From positions 1,440,001 to 1,472,000 of the forward strand of contig NZ_LN885086.1 of assembly GCF_001458695.1 (NCBI RefSeq): DNA of 32,000 bases, read 5' to 3'. The notes below the pieces were generated by a model. It did not search any database and was not told the DNA's origin. It saw only the letters and a program-made list of their open reading frames with translations. This DNA is from Candidatus Nitrospira inopinata. GTDB taxonomy: Bacteria > Nitrospirota > Nitrospiria > Nitrospirales > Nitrospiraceae. The translations under genes were made by a program, and so were the position numbers. Shown here in pieces: positions 26,245-32,000 of the stretch. Every line of letters starts with the position of its first letter. Positions within the stretch are counted from its first letter, which is position 1.

Positions 26245-26526
26245 TCAGAGATCGTTCAACATGGAAGAGAGGAGCCGTTCGAGCCGCTTATTCGTGGTGA
26301 TGCGACGCGGCATGGGATAGGGCTTTCGCGGGGGTGGGGGCTGGGAGTGGATGTCGCTGCCGCTCGTCAGATCCCGATGCAGAGAGGACAGTTTGATTTG
26401 CAAGTCTTCGAACGACTCGGCCTGCGCCAGGATGTCGGGGTGGTCTTTCAAATGGCCGTGCCAGCGGCCTTCTTCTTCCCACATGATGTATTTGGTCGCG
26501 TGCATAGGGGGCAGTATAGCGGGCAT
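26245..26526 (-). CDS. HicB-like (UPF0150-type) antitoxin-fold protein, orphan
   Basis: YIMWEEEGRWHGHLKDHPDILAQAESFEDLQIKL fits the HicB N-terminal fold pattern. The C-terminal half is Pro-rich/basic with no obvious DNA-binding domain. The start is 26526 or 26505, and neither has a clear SD. Confidence 0.55.
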   Translation of the reverse strand: MPAILPPMHATKYIMWEEEGRWHGHLKDHPDILAQAESFEDLQIKLSSLHRDLTSGSDIHSQPPPPRKPYPMPRRITTNKRLERLLSSMLNDL

Positions 26527-26576
26527 CGATGAATCCGCAAGGAAAGAGAGAAAATCCGTCTCCGCCGACTATCATC

Positions 26577-26600
26577 TCTACGTGCGAATCTACGTGCGAA
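26577..26600. repeat. Perfect 12-bp tandem direct repeat (tctacgtgcgaa x2)
   Basis: Read directly from the sequence. On the minus strand it is TTCGCACGTAGA TTCGCACGTAGA, followed by gatgatagt (possibly -10-like). It lies 50-75 nt upstream of the HicB-like start. Confidence 0.8.
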
Positions 26601-26626
26601 GGAGGAAAGGCGGGATGGCCGGTGCT

Positions 26627-26649
26627 CACAAACCCGTGCGCGGCACGGG
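26627..26649 (-). terminator. Rho-independent terminator candidate after the patatin gene
   Basis: On the minus strand, CCCGTGC-cgc-GCACGGG (7-bp GC stem) is followed by TTTGTG. A second hairpin, GGCC-tcaga-GGCC + TTTG, lies just upstream at about 26681-26697. Confidence 0.45.
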
Positions 26650-26711
26650 GCAGTCTGTGTGTCGGTGAGAAGACGGGCAAAGGCCTCTGAGGCCCGGTGC
26701 GGTGTGAAGCG

Positions 26712-28124
26712 TCAGGGAATCGCCAGGTTTTCCAGGAATTCCCGGTAGTCGGGGGATTCCTCCAACAACTGCGGGCCGACGTGAATGAGCGCGTCCACCT
26801 GTTCGCCGGTCAGGGCAAAGCTGGTCGGCAGGGATTGAAAGTAATCGCGCCGCGAGGGCTCCCGAAGCGCCTCGAAATTGACCTCGATCACGTAGGGATC
26901 GATCGTCGTCGCGAAGGCGGGCAAGGGAGTCGAGCCGGGACACTGCTCGAGCCGCTTCTGGCAGGCGGCGAGGGTTTTTTGCGCCTTCATCCGTTCGAGC
27001 CGCAGCTCCTTCATCGTCTCGATCGTTTCGACGCTATAGTTCTCCATGGCGATCGTCGCGGTCTTCGACGCGACGGTCAAGATGCCCGGCGGGCTTTCGC
27101 TTCGGCTGAGGGTGTCTTTCTCGACAGTGCGGGCGTTGACGACGATGATGACGAACTTCTCGATTTTTCCTTCGTTGATCAGTCGGCGAATGAATCCGCT
27201 GGTGCGACGGTAAGCGGCTTCGATGGGACGCAGCCCGATGTTGTCCGAGAGTCCTCCGTCCATGAGGTGCAGGTAGGGGTATTGTTCGTCGTCCACATAC
27301 ATCATGCGGTTCTTGGCCCAATAATAGCGGCGCCGGTTGTCGTCATAATCTTGCAAGCCCTCTTGATAATCCTTGGGCGGCCGAAAATCGACGTGCGGAT
27401 AATTCTTGAGCGTAATGGGGCTCAGGAGGAAGGGAAACGCCGATGAGGCGGCCGCGGCACGTGCCACCGGATATCCATTGAGATCCGACGCGAGAAAATC
27501 AAATTGTTCTTGAGTGAACTCGAACCGCTCGCCGTTCACCATGTTGGTGGCGTTCACGATCACGAACGGACGTCTGGCGGGCTGGGCGAGGGCGGCGAAG
27601 GTCTTGCCCTCGAACAGATGCTCGTCGTAATACTCCGCGGCCAAGTCGATGCGGTTGAAATAGGGCGATGCCAGCCGCACCCAGTTGATCGGGTTGAACA
27701 GCCGCCAGAGGAGCGCGCGTTGGATGTTGACGTCGAGAAACTTGGGGCGGAACTCCTGAAAAATCCGGTCGCCGAACAGGCCGTAGTACGCCGCGGTGAA
27801 CGACCCGCCGGAAATCGACGAGATACAATCCACTTCGTCCAATAGGCTTTTCTCGACTCCCTTCCACGTGATGCGCGTCTGTCGGAGCTTGTCCAACACT
27901 CCATAGGAGAGCGCGGCCGCCCTTGTCCCGCCGCCGGAAAACGCGAGGCAGATAAACAGCGAATCGGTATTGAGGCCGTCCGCCTGTTGTGCAAACTGAT
28001 AACGCGGCGCCGGACGGTCGCTTGTGTGAGGCCCGTTGACCGGATAGTGGGCGCAGCCGCCGAGGGCGAGGAAGAACGCACAGGCGACAATGACGCAGGA
28101 GCTACTCGTTCTCTTTAAGCTCAA
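26712..28124 (-). CDS. Patatin-like phospholipase family lipoprotein
   Basis: 470 aa with the oxyanion motif FSGGGTRAAALSYG, the GxSxG nucleophile elbow ISGGSF, and DGG (HLMDGGLSDN). The signal peptide has an LALGGC lipobox. The only available start is TTG 28124, directly after an in-frame TGA. Confidence 0.9.
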   Translation of the reverse strand: MSLKRTSSSCVIVACAFFLALGGCAHYPVNGPHTSDRPAPRYQFAQQADGLNTDSLFICLAFSGGGTRAAALSYGVLDKLRQTRITWKGVEKSLLDEVDCISSISGGSFTAAYYGLFGDRIFQEFRPKFLDVNIQRALLWRLFNPINWVRLASPYFNRIDLAAEYYDEHLFEGKTFAALAQPARRPFVIVNATNMVNGERFEFTQEQFDFLASDLNGYPVARAAAASSAFPFLLSPITLKNYPHVDFRPPKDYQEGLQDYDDNRRRYYWAKNRMMYVDDEQYPYLHLMDGGLSDNIGLRPIEAAYRRTSGFIRRLINEGKIEKFVIIVVNARTVEKDTLSRSESPPGILTVASKTATIAMENYSVETIETMKELRLERMKAQKTLAACQKRLEQCPGSTPLPAFATTIDPYVIEVNFEALREPSRRDYFQSLPTSFALTGEQVDALIHVGPQLLEESPDYREFLENLAIP

Positions 28125-28326
28125 ACGTCACCTCGCGTGGGTCCAGGACGGATGTGTTTTTGAGAATGACGGTGTATTCGTCCGGCTCGTAGTTGTCGTA
28201 CGGAGGGCCGAGCGAGACGGTGTGCCGACCCGCTTCAAGCTCGATCAATTCGTTCGTCCGTCCGTTGAATTCGTCGTCGATGAGCACCCGGCGAGATCGC
28301 GGGAAGTGAACGAGCAGATACTCCAT
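28102..28326 (-). CDS. Small PEGA-domain-like protein (hypothetical)
   Basis: 74 aa starting at ATG 28326, with GGGAG 9 nt upstream. The pattern VLIDDEFNGRTNELIELEAGRHTVSL ... YTVILKN ... VTFEL resembles a PEGA beta-sandwich. There is no signal peptide. Its 3' end overlaps the patatin start by 23 nt. Confidence 0.55.
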   Translation of the reverse strand: MEYLLVHFPRSRRVLIDDEFNGRTNELIELEAGRHTVSLGPPYDNYEPDEYTVILKNTSVLDPREVTFELKENE

Positions 28327-28385
28327 ACGGGCGAGCTCCCAATCGAAAGGTGGAGCAACCGAGCGTCACGGAAAAAACGGGCCCT

Positions 28386-28414
28386 ACGCTACTCGACTTG
28401 TCCCTCCCTGTCAA
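28386..28414 (-). promoter_or_regulatory. Sigma-70-type promoter candidate for the PEGA-like/patatin pair
   Basis: On the minus strand: a perfect TTGACA (28414-28409), a 17-nt spacer, then TAGCGT (28391-28386). This is about 60 nt upstream of ATG 28326. Confidence 0.35.
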
Positions 28415-28616
28415 TGACGGAGAGGATGAGCGTCGAGGTGCTGAGGACCAAGAGACAGATACGCGAATGAGCGCCGATCGTCCCGGTCGAGATGGAAACA
28501 ATTGGTCCGGAGGCGTCAGAGGCATAAGAGCGATATGCAAGGGCACACAAGATCTGCACGTGAGTTGATATCTGGGAAATAGTGTGGAAAAACTGAATGG
28601 CCGGCCCAAGCGTGGA

Positions 28617-29162
28617 TCAGAACAACCGCGAAAGGGGATCGGGATAAGAGAGAACTCCCTTCTCGTATGTGGCAAAGGAGGTCATCCGGTGACGGTCGGC
28701 TTTTGTCTTCGACAGGATGTGTCGGACCTCCCAGCCTTTAGCCGCCAACGAGTCGGCGATGAGCGACCGATGGCAGCGCCACGGCACTGCTTCGGCGCAC
28801 ATGATGGCCGTTTTTATGTCCGTGCCCCATGCCATCAGCCCTTGGACCGCTCTTCTGAATTCCTCCGTCTGCATGTAGTCCGCATAGCCGCGAAAGCTTG
28901 CGTTGCGCCAGCCCAGGTTGATCGAATCTTTTTGGGGTTTGCGCAAGCCCCCGAGTTTGGCCTCATGCCGATAGCCGATGCCGGCTCCGGCCAGAGCGTT
29001 TGCTAGGGTGTCTCTATTAAATTGTGGGTTATGTTTGGAGCGTGGAATAGTGCGGACGTCGATAAGCCGTCGGATCCCGTGCGTGCTCAGCAATGCAATA
29101 AATTCCTCGACCGGCCTCGTGGAATGGCCGATGGTCCACAACGTGGGAAGTGAGCCGGTCAT
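28617..29162 (-). CDS. DUF488 domain protein
   Basis: LWTIGHSTRPVEEFIALLSTHGIRRLIDVRTIPRSKHNPQFN ... AIMCAEAVPWRCHR is typical of DUF488. ATG 29162 overlaps the TfoX stop (ATGA); the track start is 29186. Confidence 0.85.
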   Translation of the reverse strand: MTGSLPTLWTIGHSTRPVEEFIALLSTHGIRRLIDVRTIPRSKHNPQFNRDTLANALAGAGIGYRHEAKLGGLRKPQKDSINLGWRNASFRGYADYMQTEEFRRAVQGLMAWGTDIKTAIMCAEAVPWRCHRSLIADSLAAKGWEVRHILSKTKADRHRMTSFATYEKGVLSYPDPLSRLF

Positions 29163-29470
29163 CGAGGCACTGACGCGACGGCCCAATCGATTACTTGCTC
29201 GGCGTCTTCGATGATCTCGACGGGCACTTCGTAGAATGACGAGAGGGTTTGTTTGGCGTTCGGTCGGAAGGGTGCCATACCGTGATTTTTGTAACGGGCG
29301 ACCGTCCGGGGGGTGACTTTGAAGTACAGCCGGCCTTTATGGATGATGCCGAAGAAGGCGGTGCCGCGATAGAGACCATGGCCGCCGAACATGGCACGGC
29401 ATCTCACGCCGCTCATGTCGGAGAGTTGGTCGAGCACGAAGTCTTTGAAACCGTCGTGCTTGGCCGGCAT
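29159..29470 (-). CDS. TfoX/Sxy N-terminal domain protein
   Basis: 103 aa. FKDFVLDQLSDMSGVRCRAMFGGHGLYRGTAFFGIIHKGRLYFKV ... FYEVP matches the TfoX_N pattern. Confidence 0.85.
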   Translation of the reverse strand: MPAKHDGFKDFVLDQLSDMSGVRCRAMFGGHGLYRGTAFFGIIHKGRLYFKVTPRTVARYKNHGMAPFRPNAKQTLSSFYEVPVEIIEDAEQVIDWAVASVPR

Positions 29471-29476
29471 ACGATT

Positions 29477-30334
29477 TCACTGCGGCTTGCGCGCCGCCAC
29501 CAGACGAACGACAAAGGGAAAGACGAGATGACCGCTACGCTGATACCGGTTGGCGGCTTCAAGCATGAGACGCTTGACTGTCTCTCGCTGCTCATCCGAG
29601 AGTTTTGCCATCAAGGCCTGCACGGGCGCCGCGATATCTAACAGGCTTTCATAGTACTCGTCGGCCGAGGCATAGGCCCACTCCGCGATGAATTCCGATT
29701 CGCTCACGTCGCTGAACCCAGCCCGCTCGACCATGCCGCTCAAGTCGCCCGGTTTCGCCAGGCGAAAGATGCCGGGCGCCGTCGGGTCCGGCGGCGGCAG
29801 GTCCACGACCTTTCGAATCGCTTCCACCGACAGACTGATCGACGGGTTTTTATCCGGCGCGGACCATACAGCGACGGCCATCCAGCCGCCCGGCTTGAGC
29901 ACGCGCCCGATTTCAGACAGTGCCTTGGGGACATCGGGCAAGAACATCAGGCAAAAGCGGCTGGTCACGGCCTCGAACGAACGGTCCTCAAACGGCAGGG
30001 TCGTCACGTCCCCTTGCCGGAACGTGACGTTGGTCGAGCCCAGACGCTTGGCCTTCCGTTCGGCGGCGGCGACCATCTGCTCGGCGAGATCAAGCCCGAT
30101 CACCCTGCCCGACGGTCCGACTGTCTGGGCGGCGAGCAGGGCTGGATAACCGGTGCCGGAGCCGAGGTCGAGCACCTTCATGCCGGGGCGTAGGCGCGCG
30201 TCGCCGACCAGCCGGTGATTGAGGAACGTCATCTGCTCGTCGAAGAACCGGTCCCACTTTTCCCAGCCGGGGGCGACACGGTTCCAATCCGATCGTTGGG
30301 TTGCAATGATCTGTTCAGCGGTTGGCCGTGTCAT
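29477..30334 (-). CDS. Class I SAM-dependent methyltransferase (UbiE/Methyltransf_11-like)
   Basis: Contains motif I VLDLGSGTGYPALLAA, GLDLAEQM, and the post-II region RVLKPGGWMAV. ATG 30334 is preferred over the track's 30430. The stop is 6 nt before the TfoX start. Confidence 0.88.
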   Translation of the reverse strand: MTRPTAEQIIATQRSDWNRVAPGWEKWDRFFDEQMTFLNHRLVGDARLRPGMKVLDLGSGTGYPALLAAQTVGPSGRVIGLDLAEQMVAAAERKAKRLGSTNVTFRQGDVTTLPFEDRSFEAVTSRFCLMFLPDVPKALSEIGRVLKPGGWMAVAVWSAPDKNPSISLSVEAIRKVVDLPPPDPTAPGIFRLAKPGDLSGMVERAGFSDVSESEFIAEWAYASADEYYESLLDIAAPVQALMAKLSDEQRETVKRLMLEAANRYQRSGHLVFPFVVRLVAARKPQ

Positions 30335-30360
30335 GGTGTCACGATCCTTGCTGTCGTTTG

Positions 30361-30813
30361 TTAAGAAGAAAGGGCCTGCCTCTTGAGACCCTGGAGGACC
30401 TCGCGCAGCGACTTCAATTCGGCGAGGCACCGATCAAGGTGCTGATCCCGTTGGGGCTGTTGATCCTTGAGTGCCCAAAGCCGGTGAAAGAGCAGCCGCA
30501 GCGTTTTCTTGTGGGTGATGAGCAGGTCGGAAGCCGGCTGGGTGATCTGCGAGGCGACCGCCGCGTCCATGGCGTCGAACAAGGCGTGCAATTGATTGTG
30601 ATAATCGTCCAGGGCCCGGTCCTTCCCTGTGCCGCCTTTGGCTTGGGTCGCGCTCGCCTCCAACATGGCTGTCAGGTTGAGCAACGTGTCTACGGCGGTG
30701 GGACCCTTGGCCTGCCGGACATAGTCATCGGCGCGGGGATAAAACAGGTAACTGCATCCGCTGGAGACGGTAACAAGCAAACAGAGCCCAAGGATTCCGG
30801 ATAAGTGTTTCAT
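30361..30813 (-). CDS. Hypothetical helical lipoprotein
   Basis: 150 aa with a signal peptide and lipobox (LLVTVSSGC). The mature part is predicted helical and Ala/Leu/Gln-rich. It ends 26 nt before the methyltransferase start. Confidence 0.7.
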   Translation of the reverse strand: MKHLSGILGLCLLVTVSSGCSYLFYPRADDYVRQAKGPTAVDTLLNLTAMLEASATQAKGGTGKDRALDDYHNQLHALFDAMDAAVASQITQPASDLLITHKKTLRLLFHRLWALKDQQPQRDQHLDRCLAELKSLREVLQGLKRQALSS

Positions 30814-30918
30814 GGGACCTCTTTTAGCACGTCAACCGGCTCCGTTCTTGAACGTCGAGGCCGGCACGGTGGTCGCGTCGAATCTTATGCGATACCGGTA
30901 TGGTCTTGCAATCGACCG

Positions 30919-31242
30919 TCATCCTCCCGCCATGGCACCGACGATCAGCAACGGCTCCTCCCCTTTGGCCACCGCTTCCGGCAGCGGCGCGTCCAGGGAT
31001 TCATGAGAAAGATCCCGTTCGCAGGCGAAGAAGCGGATGAACGGCCGGCGCTTCAGCGTCACGTGATCGCGGATCGTGCCGCGCAGCATCGGATACCGCC
31101 GCTCCAGCGCATCGAGCACGGCGCGCTGCGTGATCGGGGCCGGCACGTCCAATTGGACTTCGCCGCCCACGCGCGCCAGCGTGCGCAAGTGTTGGGGCAA
31201 CACAACTCGGACCAGTCGGTTCTCCGTCGCGTCATTCGTCAT
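30919..31242 (-). CDS. MoaD/ThiS family ubiquitin-like beta-grasp protein ending in Gly-Gly
   Basis: 107 aa. [23 protein letters not shown] ... [18 protein letters not shown] ... [10 protein letters not shown]-stop. The C-terminal GG lies immediately before TGA. Confidence 0.8.
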   Translation of the reverse strand: MTNDATENRLVRVVLPQHLRTLARVGGEVQLDVPAPITQRAVLDALERRYPMLRGTIRDHVTLKRRPFIRFFACERDLSHESLDAPLPEAVAKGEEPLLIVGAMAGG

Positions 31243-31315
31243 GCGTTAACCGTCTTTCGCGGGAAGCACGACCGTCGATTCCGTCGTTTGAAGGTTGCCG
31301 CTCGACCATTGACGC

Positions 31316-32000
31316 TTACGGGAGCGTTTGCACTTCCACCGACAGCACTGGCGGCAAATCCCGCGCGATGGGCTCCCAACTGTCGCCGCCATCGGCGGAC
31401 CCATAGACCTGCCCGCCGGTCGTTCCGAAGTAGATGCCGCATGGATCGAGATGATCGACGGCCATCGCGTCCCGCAGCACATTCACATAACAGTGCTGCT
31501 GCGGCAATCCCTTTGTGAGCGGCTCCCACTCGTTGCCCCCTGTCCGGCTTCGATAGACGCGCAGCTTGCCGTCCGGCGGGAAATGTTCCGAATCGCTCTT
31601 GATCGGGACGACGTAGATCGTATTCGGCTCGTGCGCATGGACCTCGATCGGAAAGCCGAAATCGCTCGGCAGGTTGCCGCTGATCTCACGCCACGATCGG
31701 CCCGCGTCGTCGCTCCGCAGCACGTCCCAATGTTTTTGCATGAAGAGCACGTTCGGACGGGACGGATGCATGGCAATCCGGTGCACGCAATGGCCGACAT
31801 CGGCGTCCGGGTCCGGCAGCTCATAATTCGAGCGCAGTCCCTTGTTGATCGGCCGCCAGGTCTTCCCGCCATCGTCCGTGCGGAAAGCCCCGGCCGCGGA
31901 GATGGCGACATAGATGCGTTGCGGGTCGGCTGGATCCAGCATGATCGTATGGAGGCACAGGCCGCCCGCGCCGGGCTGCCAGAGACTGCCCTTCACCTCG
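31316..32000 (-). CDS. BNR/Asp-box repeat beta-propeller protein (sialidase-fold / Ycf48-like), C-terminal part; the 5' end lies outside the window
   Basis: Four Asp-box-like repeats are present ([28 protein letters not shown]). The frame stays open to the window edge, and the stop is TAA 31316-31318. Confidence 0.8.
   Translation of the reverse strand, partial: EVKGSLWQPGAGGLCLHTIMLDPADPQRIYVAISAAGAFRTDDGGKTWRPINKGLRSNYELPDPDADVGHCVHRIAMHPSRPNVLFMQKHWDVLRSDDAGRSWREISGNLPSDFGFPIEVHAHEPNTIYVVPIKSDSEHFPPDGKLRVYRSRTGGNEWEPLTKGLPQQHCYVNVLRDAMAVDHLDPCGIYFGTTGGQVYGSADGGDSWEPIARDLPPVLSVEVQTLP

Noticed and set aside
26114-26711. Search for a HicA toxin partner, and the 130-aa ORF 26288-26680 (-)
   Set aside because: Neither flank contains a HicA-like frame. 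The 130-aa ORF is an Arg/His/Pro-rich alternative frame of the HicB-like gene.
26712-28124. Patatin gene as a CBASS/defence effector (CapV-like)
   Set aside because: It carries a lipoprotein signal peptide, so it is exported. No cyclase (CD-NTase), E1/E2/JAB or other defence genes are adjacent.
1-32000. CRISPR arrays, IS elements, integrases, tRNA/rRNA genes and long repeats
   Set aside because: Reading both strands, I found only short tandem repeats (an 8-mer x2 at 4157-4172 and a 12-mer x2 at 26577-26600). There are no spaced repeat arrays and no transposase, integrase or recombinase-like ORFs. A computational repeat and tRNA scan would be more sensitive than my reading.

Overview
This is a G+C-rich (judged by eye, not computed), densely coding bacterial chromosomal segment. 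I found no rRNA, tRNA, CRISPR array, transposase, integrase or phage gene. The protein sequences suggest a Gram-negative, possibly Nitrospirota-like lineage, but I cannot verify that here.

Gene order, left to right:
- A protease-rich plus-strand cluster: an M16 peptidase pair, an HTH-MBL hydrolase fusion, an M50 site-2 protease, and a zinc-ribbon/HExxH membrane protein.
- A complete high-affinity K+ uptake locus: an extra mini-ORF, then kdpF, kdpA, kdpB, kdpC, kdpD, kdpE and an appended beta-barrel porin.
- A small secreted protein (minus strand), an M20 peptidase, cutA, an M23 peptidase and fhs.
- A long minus-strand run: hflK-hflC; an arsM-arsS-PiT module; an orphan HicB-like gene; a PEGA-like mini-protein overlapping a patatin lipoprotein; a tight lipoprotein / SAM-methyltransferase / TfoX_N / DUF488 operon; and a Gly-Gly-terminated MoaD/ThiS-like protein next to an Asp-box (BNR) propeller that runs off the window.

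Most of the window is ordinary housekeeping. I see no hallmark of a known defence or mobile system.

The candidates worth a second look are:
- the arsM-arsS-pit module;
- the Ubl-like/BNR pair;
- the PEGA-like/patatin pair;
- the zinc-ribbon HExxH membrane protein;
- the extra mini-ORF in front of kdpF;
- a near-consensus sigma-54 promoter with an upstream palindrome before cutA;
- a perfect 12-bp tandem repeat upstream of the HicB-like gene.

All functional calls come from motif recognition by eye. No database search was possible.
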